Source of the DNA: Azolla caroliniana
Lineage: Eukaryota; Plantae; Polypodiophyta
Assembly: GCA_043228905.1 (NCBI GenBank)
Contig: JBHGNT010000414.1
Span: 1-27,272 of the forward strand
Direction: 5' to 3'
Length of the DNA: 27,272 bases
A model generated the notes under the pieces. That model saw nothing but the letters and a program-made list of their open reading frames with translations. It ran no database searches and was not told the DNA's origin. Shown here one piece after another: positions 1 through 10,238 of this stretch. Within the stretch, counting starts at the first letter, position 1. The number at the start of each line of letters is the position of its first letter. The translations under genes and the position numbers were made by a program.

Positions 1-1080
1 GCCGAATGCCACCAATGTCCTGTGGAATTAACAACAAAATAAGTAAAAAAATTCCTCATCCCCTCATGAGCTGCTTCGATCCCCCCCACCATCATCACTC
101 CTAAAATAGACACATTGCTTCCTTTAGTCCATATCCACCATCTCGCCGAATACCACCAACGTCCTGTGCAATGAATCAACAAAAATGAGAAATTGTTCCT
201 CATCCCCTCATGATTTGCTTCATTCCCCCGCACCATCGTCACTCCTAAAAATAGAGAAATTGCTTCAATCAAACCACATCCACCATCTCGCCGAATACCA
301 CCTCTGAGCTATACAAATAACAACAAAAACAAGTGAATAATGGTTCCTCATCCCCTCATGATTTGCTTCTGTCCCCCCCACCATCATCACTCCTAAAAAC
401 AAACAAATTGCTTCAATCAATCCACATCCACCATCTCGCTGAGTACCGCCAATATCCTGTGCAATTAACAACAAAATAAGTGAACAATGATTCCTCTCCC
501 CTCCTGATCTGCTTCAGCCCTCGCACCAACACCACTCATCCTCACACCATGACAAAGTTGCTTCAAATCCCATTGCCATCATCCTGAAAACTATGAGAAC
601 CATAATATTTGTCTTAAGTCAGCCCATATCTGGGGTATCTTGCTTCCCCTATTCCATCTCACCGATTAACGCGGCCCTATAATCACAACAAAAAATGAGG
701 GAAAACCATTCCTCGCCTTCTCATAATAATCTGCTTCAGCCCCCACTCCAACATCACTCATCCTAACCACAAAAAACAGAAAAACGGCTTCGTCATGTCC
801 CCATCTACCATTTCGCTATCTCCGATTCGACAACCCTGTTACACTAACAAGCAACAAACGAGTAGAAAACAAATAGAAATCCTCACCTTCTCCTAGTAAT
901 CTTCGACAACCCCCACCAACATCAGTCATCCTAATCACAAAACAACTTAAACCTATTTCAACCTGTCCACATCCACCATGTCGATGTCTCTGATTATCAC
1001 ACAAAATCTGCCTCATACCACTAAAATCTTCTTATACTAGTCTGATTCAGCATCCAGAACCTCATCCCATTTCCTCATAT
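1..1080. repeat. ~145-bp tandem repeat array in the 3' UTR of the minus-strand LINE
   Basis: Units restart with GCCGAATRCCA or GCTGAGTACCG at 1, 145, 290 and 438. Progressively more degenerate units (GCTTCRGCCCC anchors at ~511, 733, 900, 1045) continue toward the ORF stop. Confidence 0.9.
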
Positions 1081-1157
1081 CTTCTTCTAGCATATGTATA
1101 TCTTACCTACATTAAAATAAGCTTCCTACATGCCGCCATCGTCTCCTCCCTGTTATC

Positions 1158-3599
1158 TCATGTTGTTCGCCATAAGAATGGTATTGGTGGCAGGAACAAC
1201 CAACGAGGTGGCACATAATTCCACCTAACCTCCGTGCCTACATCTAACATTATAGGAATAGCTGACCAAACTAGTCGTAATCTCTTTCTTTTTCGAATGG
1301 TTGTGTTTCCATAGACTTTATACCTGTCATACTCACCTTTAACGGAATGTACTAATAAATTCCAAAAAGACTTTACCTGATCCACAACGTGAATGTCTTC
1401 ATCATTGTATAACTTGGAGCACCTAGCTTTCCAAAGAACCCATAGAGACAACAAGGAGACAATCTGCCAAACATAACTCCGCGAGAAGAACTTGACTCCC
1501 TGCAAGGATCTTGAAGTAGAATATACCTGAAAACTTCTTACATATAAAGACAATGAAGAATGATTATAATGATAAAAAGCCCTTTGTTGATCCAACATTC
1601 CCCAAAAGACTGCACCCCACGTAAAAATAGCAGACCTGTACTTACGACCTAGAAGCCTAAGAATTCGACACCAAAAACTTTTTGCAGAAACACATTCCCA
1701 AAATGCATGATGCAATGTCTCATCCGCAAACCCACACATAATACATGACCGATTACTCATCGATCCCCTCAATAAATGACCTATTGGCAATGAATAATGA
1801 ATCATCAACCATCGAAAATGCAATATCTTATTCATGCATTTAATAGACCAAAACTGTTTCCAAAACATAACCATATGAGTAGATGAAACATTACCTTCCT
1901 CCCAATACTTTTTTCCAGCAGGTATCAGCTCGGTCTTCCTCAACATAAAATTCCTGCCAAACGCTATTGAATATTTGAAAAAAGGAAGGAGCTTAGTCGA
2001 AGAGTCAGATATGGATAATTTCCAACCATAATCCACTGGATCCCACTGCAGGTCATCAATAGGTTTAGAGTCTAACACCGAAATATGAGATGAAAAATTA
2101 ACTATTAGTGGACTAGGATCGATATATATATTTTTATTTAATCTAGCAATTACTCGCACTGGCAATTGCTTCGCAGCCAACATGATTTGAGACTCCTCAT
2201 CCACTAGTATCAACCTACCATTGTCCAACACTTCATAAAAATAAATGCTACCATTTTGATCATATAACCGATCTCCTATAAGTATATTGAGTGTCAAGAA
2301 CATACCGTACCAACTTTGAAAATGATCGAATTGCAATGTAGGCACTATGACCTGATACACCCTGGACAACTGTGATAACATGATCTTAGCCCCTCTTAAG
2401 TTAGATAACCTATTACTTTGCTCCAGCGTAGTGGACTGCATAAACCTTATCCAATCCGCAACCGTACGAGCTGGTCCACTATCCATTGCAGCCCATGATA
2501 ACGTAGGTAGTAAACCCAAAACATATGCAGCTTCATCAGTAAATAAAGGATTCCATATCAATGGTTGACGCATAAATTGATGATAGCTTTTCGGTGGCAA
2601 GAAAACAAGCGCTTGCCGAAGAGTTTCCCATGCCCGAAAAATTCCATTGAAGAAACGCAATGATCCATCATTGGACTTAGGTAGCGTGAAATCTGCATTG
2701 AAGAACCATTTAAGACTATCCTTCCATTGACCACCTACCGAAGGCTTGACCTTATATAGATGTTGCATCCATAGCTTTTTCCATAACTCCTGTCCTGGCA
2801 ATAAACTCCTAACAACATGTTTAGTAAGTAAAGCTTTGGTTTGCATAAATGGATCAATCAAACCTAAACCACCTTTTTGTTTAGGTTGTATCAGAATAGA
2901 CCAAGCTACCTTTGCTACAGGATTGACTGACCTATTGTTCCCCCAAATAAAATTCCGTACTAAACGTTGAACTTTCAACATTATTGACATAGAAAACAGC
3001 CATGTAGATGCTATATACCAAATCGAGGACAACAACACCGCATTAGCTACAACTACACGTCCTGCTAAAGATAATTTTTCTTTATTCCAATATACTAATT
3101 TATTTCTTAATCTTAACAATAAGGGTGCAATCATATCTTCTGACTTTAATCCCACACCCACTCGACAACCTAAATACCTAATGGATTGACCTTGAGGTAT
3201 CCATGTGAATCCTAAAGAGGGTACATTAACTGGCGGATCTCTCGAAGCGACCCAAAAACCTGATGACTTATCCCAATTTATCAATGCACCCGATGCATCT
3301 GAGAAATCATCCACGGCCTTTTGCACATGAAACAAATTACCATGTGAGGCCTGAACATATAAAACTTTATCATCAGCGAATTCACAATCCACATTTGCGT
3401 TTGCTACTGGTAGTGCTAAACCTTTAATATTTACATATGGAGAATTTAAATGTACAGAGAATGCTTCGGATACTAACAAAAACAGGAAAGGAGCAAGTGG
3501 ACATCCCTGGCGTACAGATCTTGAAATAAAAAAACGCCTACCAATGTTCCCTGTATTTAATAGAGAACTACTTGCATTACGATATAATGCTGAGTATCC
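1158..3599 (-). CDS. LINE ORF2 C-terminal part (RT domains 4-7, thumb, zf-RVT zinc knuckle), 5'-truncated, no internal stops
   Basis: The frame stays open upstream of the listed start: SRSVRQGCPLAPFLF, then FADD, YLG, LSLAGRVVVAN, PKQKGGLGL and the CxxC..ETLHHAFWEC knuckle. Confidence 0.9.
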   Translation of the reverse strand, partial: GYSALYRNASSSLLNTGNIGRRFFISRSVRQGCPLAPFLFLLVSEAFSVHLNSPYVNIKGLALPVANANVDCEFADDKVLYVQASHGNLFHVQKAVDDFSDASGALINWDKSSGFWVASRDPPVNVPSLGFTWIPQGQSIRYLGCRVGVGLKSEDMIAPLLLRLRNKLVYWNKEKLSLAGRVVVANAVLLSSIWYIASTWLFSMSIMLKVQRLVRNFIWGNNRSVNPVAKVAWSILIQPKQKGGLGLIDPFMQTKALLTKHVVRSLLPGQELWKKLWMQHLYKVKPSVGGQWKDSLKWFFNADFTLPKSNDGSLRFFNGIFRAWETLRQALVFLPPKSYHQFMRQPLIWNPLFTDEAAYVLGLLPTLSWAAMDSGPARTVADWIRFMQSTTLEQSNRLSNLRGAKIMLSQLSRVYQVIVPTLQFDHFQSWYGMFLTLNILIGDRLYDQNGSIYFYEVLDNGRLILVDEESQIMLAAKQLPVRVIARLNKNIYIDPSPLIVNFSSHISVLDSKPIDDLQWDPVDYGWKLSISDSSTKLLPFFKYSIAFGRNFMLRKTELIPAGKKYWEEGNVSSTHMVMFWKQFWSIKCMNKILHFRWLMIHYSLPIGHLLRGSMSNRSCIMCGFADETLHHAFWECVSAKSFWCRILRLLGRKYRSAIFTWGAVFWGMLDQQRAFYHYNHSSLSLYVRSFQVYSTSRSLQGVKFFSRSYVWQIVSLLSLWVLWKARCSKLYNDEDIHVVDQVKSFWNLLVHSVKGEYDRYKVYGNTTIRKRKRLRLVWSAIPIMLDVGTEVRWNYVPPRWLFLPPIPFLWRTT

Positions 3600-3749
3600 C
3601 TATACTTTTGTTTTCTGTTTGTTTCTATATTGTTGGTCGGTCGGGAATCCTCACAGTTGGAGAGGTCACAAAAACATTAGGAAACACAAGACCTCCATGT
3701 ACTATTGATAATTGTTAAAGAATAGGACACACAATTATATTCACTTCAA

Positions 3750-4275
3750 CTATCGCAAATTTTGAATTTGCTCTTGTTTGGTAACCATTGATTTGTCTAT
3801 TCTAAGATTAACTTGCTTGTAAAACTCCAAAATAGGAAGATAATGTTCCAATTTACTTGGCTTCTTAGCGACATATGCTCGTACATATTTTTAGGAATAT
3901 AGTTAACTAGTCTCATTCATGGTTAAATGGTTTGATCTGTCCATCAGACTGAGTGTGGTCTGTCGGGCTCATATTGAAAGTAAATCCTAGTTTCTTAAAT
4001 ACTTGTGTCTAAAAATCACTAGTAAAGTTAGAGTATCTGTATCACTCATTATATCCATCGATAACTCATAGAATCAGAATAACTTATGGATCATAATTTG
4101 AGAAACCAAGTCCTAAGTTTCAATGCATATGTCATTGGAAGGAATTTGGCCATTTTCATTAATCTATCAACAACAACCTATATGGCATCATAGCCTCTCT
4201 GAGTGCATGGTAAACCAACAATGAAATCTATTAATATGCATTCCTAGTTTGTTATTAGGAATATCCAAAGGATCT
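3750..4275 (-). pseudogene. Degenerate chromovirus-type integrase fragment
   Basis: The reverse complement aligns by eye to ~20745-21300 of the chromovirus in this window (PLDIP..DFIVGLP..YDAI.VVVDRL..MAKF; TDHTQSDGQ; RAYV..WEHYLPILEF), with stops and deletions. Confidence 0.75.
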
Positions 4276-4318
4276 AAACGACAACTCTATTGAAAATATA
4301 GAGTTTAGAGCCAAATTC

Positions 4319-4923
4319 TTGGAGTAATAAAAAAGGATCAAGGGCCAAGAGGACTCCCATTGCACTTCAGCAATGAATATCCCTAAAAAAATTCTTTATT
4401 TTAGCAATTATGATGAATAATTTCTAGAGCTTTTTGTTTTGTGAAGGAATTTCTTATCATGATATTAGTGGATAGGTTATTGAACACTATAAAGTGCGGG
4501 CACACCATGTTTGGATTATTATCAATCCTTAATTGGACTACATGCGACAAACAAACCCGCACGCACATGCACACTCACACCCACAACAAGGACCTTAATA
4601 TTGAGAACATGCAAAAATAAATTTATGTGAATATTAAATAACCACTTCATTAAATGAATATTGTTGACAGGTCCTTCCCTAAGAATATACCCACCATTTG
4701 AATATATCATCGTGAAGCCCTTCACTTTTATGGGCATGTATTGTATTCTTGACACTGTTTTGTATCCACCACTATGTATGTCCCTCAAGCGTATCTATAT
4801 AAATACATATCATCCAAACCAGAAACATACACACACACGCACACACAACCAAAGCTAGGACTTGAATAACTAGGACACAAGCAAAAATAAGATTACGTGA
4901 ATAATAAACCACCACTTAATAGA
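4319..4923 (+). promoter_or_regulatory. PR-1a upstream region with TATA box (TATATAAATA 4796-4805) and CA-rich leader
   Basis: TATA box ~120 bp before the ATG at 4924. The region is homologous to 10239-10733 upstream of the second PR-1 copy. Confidence 0.6.
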
Positions 4924-5250
4924 ATGAAGAACCAACACAATGACTTTATTCATCTTGCACACATTACTCTTCTATTTGTGTTGATGAATTGTGCCACAAT
5001 TGGCATGGCTCAATCAGTAAATGATGACTTTGTAAATGCTCACAATGTTGAGAGGGAAACATTAAGCATTCCACTTCTTGTGTGGAATGAAACATTGGCG
5101 ACCTACGCTTACCAATATGCCACAACACAGGATACAAATGAAGGTGGTTGCTCTGGCGCATTGGTCCATTCTGGTGGTCCATTGACTATACTCGTGGGAT
5201 TCATGAGTTTTTCGTATCTTTCTTTCTCACAATATATTTCACATTCTTAA
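4924..5250 (+). pseudogene. PR1: PR-1/CAP-family gene, N-terminal half only (signal peptide to HSGGP), fused at ~5183 to LTR sequence
   Basis: MKNQ..hydrophobic signal..AQSVNDDFVNAHNVER..LVWNETLATYAYQYA..C..LVHSGGP. The expected YGENL and GHYTQVVW motifs are absent, and the ORF reads on into LTR DNA to a stop at 5250. Confidence 0.85.
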
Positions 5251-5342
5251 TTGCCTTAGAATTTTCCTTCCTCCTAGTCCAAAACCCTAGTGGTTCCCAC
5301 CCGACTCACGCAACGATTCGGAGGCGAAAGGCATGACACAAG

Positions 5343-5360
5343 TGGTGAACCCGACGTGAA
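5343..5360 (+). other. Primer binding site, tRNA-Trp
   Basis: TGGTGAACCCGACGTGAA is complementary to the 3' end of plant cytosolic tRNA-Trp (..TTCACGTCGGGTTCACCA, recalled). It lies 4 nt after the LTR end CATGACA. Confidence 0.85.
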
Positions 5361-5376
5361 AATAGGTGGCAAGGAG

Positions 5377-7871
5377 ATGGAAAATCAACTGGAGGCTAAC
5401 AACATGATGATGATGTTCGAACGGATGCTTCAGGAACAACGTGTGATGTCGGAGATAGCGGCGGCAGTAGAGCGGCTCGTGCAACGGATCAGACAATTCA
5501 ACGGAAAGGACGTATCGCGCTATCTTCGGGACTACAAGGCGGAAATGATACGGTGTGGGATTTTGGAAGGACTACAAGTGACATCCTTCAACCGGGTGGC
5601 TACCGACGGGCTTCAAGCAAGTATCCACGAGCTACGACAACAGAATCTGACATGGGAAGCGTTTGAAGAGGCGCTAAAGACCACGTTCGCTATCGAGGAC
5701 TCCTCCAAGGCAACGCGGAGAGGATTGGGTAGAAACGCCGGACAAGGGGATGAAGGACCTCGATGTGTTTTCGGCATTCGAAAGTCGGTTCGGGAGGTTG
5801 TCTGCGAGAGATCAAGCTATCCTCGCACCGGACAAAGTTATCATGTTCTTACGAGCCGTAGACGTCCGGGACCGGAAGGATCTTGGAGTGCTTCTAGAGG
5901 ACACGAATACCGAGAGTGGCCTCACCGAAACATGGGAAAGTGTGCGAGATATCGTTGCGCGATACACAAAGAGGGGGCAATTGTTACGGACATGACCATT
6001 TAATATCCCATGGTGAGAATTTACCGTAGTATTCTATACACGTGGATAAGTGTGAGGGTTAAATGAGAGTGTAAAGAAGGGGAGGATTACTTTTAATCCT
6101 CGGGATTGAGACAACCCAATCGGTCAAGTGTGAACTTGCCTGGGGGCCTTGGGTATCGCTATAAATAAGAGGCCTAACTGCCCTCATTTAATCATCTTTT
6201 GATTACATCGAGACTCTGCTCTTGTGGTGGGTCAACTCTTGTAGCGAGTGCGCCAAAACCAGGTACAACTCGACGCCATGGCGGTGGTATGGGACGCCGA
6301 TCAAGGCTCGAGTCCGTCTCGATCCCTTCGCTCGGGGGTGGTCAGGTGGATCGGCACCCTTCTTTCTCTTTCTCCTTTCTATCTATCATTTGTTTATCCT
6401 TATCTTAAGCTTACTTTAGTACTTAGATCTCTAATAGCAATGGCTTGCCAATGAAGAAAAGAGGGTTTCGGAACCGATTCCGAAACCGAGATCCGGATCG
6501 GAACACCATCAACCGCGGGCTCAGGAGGCTACAACTGAGAAGGGAATCGACGCAACTACGGTGGAGCAATTGCTGAAGGAGATGGAAAATCTAAAAATCG
6601 CGATGGTGAAGAAGTCGGATGACCGTCCCACAAGTTCCAAGTACATGGACCGTCGATGCATATGGTGCGATAGCACCGAACATGATCGGAGGGATTGCGA
6701 CGAGCACAAGGAAGCGCTACGACGGGATCTTATCTACTACGAGGGAAATCAGATTCATTCGATGGACTCTCGGAAGTCACTCCGACTGAACTTCCGGAAA
6801 GGCGGCATGAAGAAGATCCTAGAGGAGGAAATAGCGGTGAAGAACAATTACGCGACAACCGCGGGAATACGTGTCGGGGAGTCATCGGGAGCAAAGGTGT
6901 CTTTTTGGCCGGAAGTGCTAGAAAACACCGAGAAAACCGACTCTAACGAGATCCGAAGTACCGCGGAAGGCATCCGGGAAGCTACGGGATGGGAGTGCCC
7001 CGTCGATAAGAATAGCGTGTTTGCTTTATGCCAATTGCATGAAGTGTATGTAGATGAGAAGCGACAACACACGGATGAGGCGACCGGTCCATCGAAGACA
7101 CCGGAAAGCTGGAACTCCATAGGTAAGGGAAAAGAAAAGATGATTCCGGCATTCAAGCTTGCCTCGGACATCGAACAACAAACGGACTTGAAAAAGGTGT
7201 TCGAGGAGAGAATCCTCGATAGCCGGGTAGATTTTTCGCTTCGAGAATTACTCGGAATAGCGAAGAAGGAGTTCCACGATCTTCTTGTGGATCTCGTGAA
7301 GAGAAAAATGCAAAGTATGGAGGAGAACGCTCCAAGGGTGAATGCAAATACCGTTCTAATGAATGACACTGAATTGGATGGCGAAATACCAAATTCTCAC
7401 TACACAAAACCACACTGGGAACGCGCAACTACGGAGACTCCGGTCCGAATCGGTAACATCAAAGAACCCATGCTAGCATTGATTCATTACGGATCGGAGA
7501 TCAACTTGATGTCCAAGGAATTCTACCAGAAGGGTAAGTGGCCTATTAACACCAATCATGGGTGGAAGATCCGGGCGGCCACTAAAGCAACAAAAGATCT
7601 ATTTGCGACTTGTCCGGATGTGACGGTGAAGATCGGGGATGTCGAGATCGTCCAAAATTTCTTCGTACAAGACGAGGTCTCACATTCCGTGATCCTCAGG
7701 CAACCTTTTATCACGGCATCACGGATGGAGACGAAGGTGCTCGATAGCGGTGCGGCTTTTGCGCAAATTCGGAGCCAAAACGGAGGGAAATCCGTCGAAT
7801 TCCTAATAGTGCAGGCAAATCATGAAAGGAACAAGAAAGATCACCTGTCCCAAACAAGAATGGATTTTTAG
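5377..7871 (+). pseudogene. gag: Family A gag-protease ORF, disrupted by a 7-bp deletion (~5725) and the solo LTR
   Basis: Removing 5982-6441 restores KRGQ|WLANEEKR..TTVEQLL. Contains the zinc knuckle CIWCDSTEHDRRDC, a degenerate protease motif ALIHYGSEINLM and VILRQPF. Stop TAG at 7869-7871. Confidence 0.88.
5982..6436 (+). mobile_element. Solo LTR (455 bp) of the chromovirus, GCAAT target-site duplication
   Basis: Near-identical to 15294-15748 and 21855-22309. GCAAT at 5977-5981 and 6437-6441. G-box CACGTG at 6039-6044 and TATAAATA at 6160-6167. Confidence 0.96.
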
Positions 7872-7925
7872 AGCGGACCGTTGCGGAGTGGGGAAATGAT
7901 AGTCCGAGAAGCCCTGATACCCCAC
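7862..7925 (+). promoter_or_regulatory. Candidate -1 ribosomal frameshift signal: G GAT TTT heptamer plus H-type pseudoknot
   Basis: The heptamer directly precedes the gag-PR stop. The -1 frame is the RT frame. Stem 1 is 7874-7883/7897-7906 and stem 2 is GTGGGG 7888-7893/CCCCAC 7920-7925. Confidence 0.75.
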
Positions 7926-9677
7926 ACAAGAAGAAACCTCTCGGTGCAAAACAAGTACGAATCGGTCCTGATGGGGCATCCACGTACACGGCCGTAACCG
8001 GAAGAATGAAGAAAGAATACCGAAAGGTGGAGGATAAGTTATGGTAGACATCAATAATAAAAGAAGACGAAGAAATCGTGGGCATAGTAGAAGAAGTGTT
8101 CTATGGAAACACACTACAACGGCTTGAAGAGCTCGCAGAAGATACAAGTCAGGGAAACCGGGTAATTCCGGTGGAGTCGGTCGAGATGTACGAGATCATT
8201 GTGAAAATGGAGCCGGATGCACTCCACAAAGAAGAAGCAATGGTAAGTATGAAATACAAGATCGTGGAGAAGAAAGTGAAACCGGCCACGGGACCGTTAC
8301 TCGTAGATAGTGAACAAAAGAGGAAAGAAGTCTCAAGGGATCCGACACTTCGGAAGTCCATGGATATCGGACATGCCTTCACGGATGAGACCCGGAAGAA
8401 ACTTCGGATCGGTGGAGGTGGGTTCCTATTAAAGAATGAAGAAGAACGATTCCGTGGGATGCTAGAGCGACATGGGAGAGCATTTGCATTTACATCGAAA
8501 GAAATAGGATGCGCTGACCTGAAGATAGTGGAGCCGATGATGATCTTCACGATTGACCATGTGCCATGGAACCTGAAGCCGATTCCGGTGCCACGGGCGC
8601 ATATTCCGAAAATCATCGACTTGCTCAAGGAGAAGGTGGCGATGGGGATTCTAGAGCCATCAAATGCTCCGTACTCAAATCGATGGTTTACGGTTCCGAA
8701 GAAGAATGGGTCACTCCGATTTATTCAAGATTTGCAACCGGTGAACAAGGTCACGATCCGGAACTCCGGAGTCGGTCCGATAGTGGACGAATTTGCGGAA
8801 GCATTTGCCGGTCGCGCGATATACTCCATCAGAGACCTATACTCCGGATATGACCAATTCCAACTAGCTGGGAAGAGCCGAGACATCACTACCATGCGGA
8901 CACCGATAGGATTAGTCCGGATGTGTACGCTACCACAAGGCGCGACGAACTCAGTCGCACATATGATGAATGCGATGAACAAGGTGCTCCGGGATTGCAT
9001 ACTGGAGATAACAATGCCGTTCCTAGATGACATTCCGATAAAAGGGTGTGCGGTGGAAGAAAAAGATGAAGCTATGGATGAACGGGGATGCTGAAGGTTC
9101 GTAGTCAACCATATCCGTGATTGTGAGAAAGTGTTACGGAAGTTAGAAGATGTGCATCTAACACTTTCTGGAGAGAAATCGGCATTCGGACAAGAAGAAA
9201 GATTGGTAGTCGGACATCTATGTGGGCCCTACGGCCGAAGACCATCACCAACCAAGATCGATGCGATTCGAGCTATGAAAGAAGTATGCGAGTCACAATC
9301 CGAAGTTCGAAGGTTTCTTGGAGCATGTGCATTCTACCACATATGGATTCCGCACTATGCACATATAGCGGACCCACTCTATCTTTTGTTGCGGAAGGGT
9401 AAGAAGTTTGAATGGAAACCGGAGCATACCAAAGCTGTGAAGAAGCTCAAGAAATCACTACGGAGGGCAAAAGCACTAAAGAAGCCGAACTATGACCAAC
9501 CGATCATAGTAACGGTTCACACAAGTCCAACCGGAATCGGATGGGTCATCAATCAAGCCGATCCGGAAGGTTCGCGATATCCGATCCGATTTGGAGCAAA
9601 GGTTCTCAACAAAAGGCAACGTGGATATGCACAAGTTAAAAGAGAATTATGGGGAGTCGTGTCAGCAATCAAATCGG
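7862..9677 (+). pseudogene. pol: Family A pol (RT and partial RNase H), in the -1 frame relative to gag-PR
   Basis: WNLKPIPVPR, RFIQDLQPVNK, DLYSGYDQF, LPQGATNS, PFLDDIPIKG, VRRFLG, TSPTGIGW. In-frame stops at ~8045 and 9092, truncated at 9677. Confidence 0.92.
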
Positions 9678-9679
9678 GC

Positions 9680-9870
9680 TCTTAGAACAAAACTCCATAG
9701 AAAACTTATATTTCACATGATATTCCATGTCCTCCGTCTTTCCAATCATATGTGTCAGTTGTGGAGCTATAAGAAGATTCACCATCCCAATAGAAACAGT
9801 TGCAAACAGATATGAACTGATTCCAGCATTTGTAAAAACAGTTGGGGAGAAAAAGAAAAAAAAACCGACC
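9680..9870 (-). pseudogene. Possible degenerate fragment of an MFS monosaccharide transporter (pGlcT/SGB1-like)
   Basis: FFFSPTVFTNAGISSYLFATVSIGMVNLL, with FLWSF downstream in another frame, resembles the recalled motif VFYFSSTVFKSAG..SDLA.V.VG.VNLL..MDK.GRK.LLLWSF. Confidence 0.45.
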
Positions 9871-9893
9871 ATGAAAATGAAATGTACTATACT

Positions 9894-10238
9894 AATCTCC
9901 ACCTCTCACCCCATTTGCTTCGATCCCCACAACTTATTCACTCTCCCTTCATGATGTGCTTCGGCCCCCTCACCATCATCACTCCTAAAAACAACCAAAT
10001 TGCTTCATTCAATCCACCTCCACCATCTCGCCGAATGCCACCAATGTCCTATGGAATTAACAACAAAATAAGTAAAAGAATTCCTCATCCCCTCATGAGC
10101 TGCTTCGATCCCCCCCACCATCATCACTCCTAAAACAGACACATTGCTTCCTTTAGTCCACATCCACCATCTCGCCGAATACCACCAACGTCTTGTGCAA
10201 TGAATCAACAAAAATGAGAAATTGTTCCTTATCCCCTC
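9894..10238 (-). repeat. Second copy of the LINE 3' tandem-repeat region
   Basis: 10030-10238 matches 1-209 with ~6 mismatches. Additional partial units lie at 9894-10029. Confidence 0.92.

Larger units (their letters stand above)
1..3599 (-). mobile_element. 5'-truncated non-LTR retrotransposon (L1/Tx1-like LINE); 3' end runs off the window
   Basis: ORF2 with RT motifs followed by a long repeat-containing 3' UTR. Coding similarity stops abruptly at ~3599. Confidence 0.88.
5185..9677 (+). mobile_element. Ty3/gypsy non-chromovirus element, family A copy 1 (Phygy-like); truncated in the 5' LTR and in RNase H
   Basis: LTR remnant 5185-5338 matches 14489-14642, followed by a tRNA-Trp PBS, gag, CCHC, protease, RT and RNase H. 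It ends at RELWGVVSAIKS. Confidence 0.92.

Noticed and set aside
1-1080. Hammerhead ribozyme or retrozyme repeats
   Set aside because: No conserved CTGANGA...GAAA core seen in the units on either strand.
5282-5290. Telomeric repeat or alternative PBS (AAACCCTAG TGGTTCCC)
   Set aside because: A single telo-box within U5. The true LTR end and tRNA-Trp PBS are ~50 bp downstream.
6199-6454. Short ORFs recurring three times (also ~15511 and ~22095)
   Set aside because: They recur because the LTR is repeated. Most start at TTG/GTG and have no domain evidence.
6848-9108. Long antisense ORFs over family A gag-pol
   Set aside because: Shadow frames expected from the codon bias of the sense ORF.
9848-9864. 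Poly(A) tail of a retroposed element
   Set aside because: It is on the wrong strand for the adjacent LINE and has no TSD. It fits Phe codons of the minus-strand transporter-like fragment.
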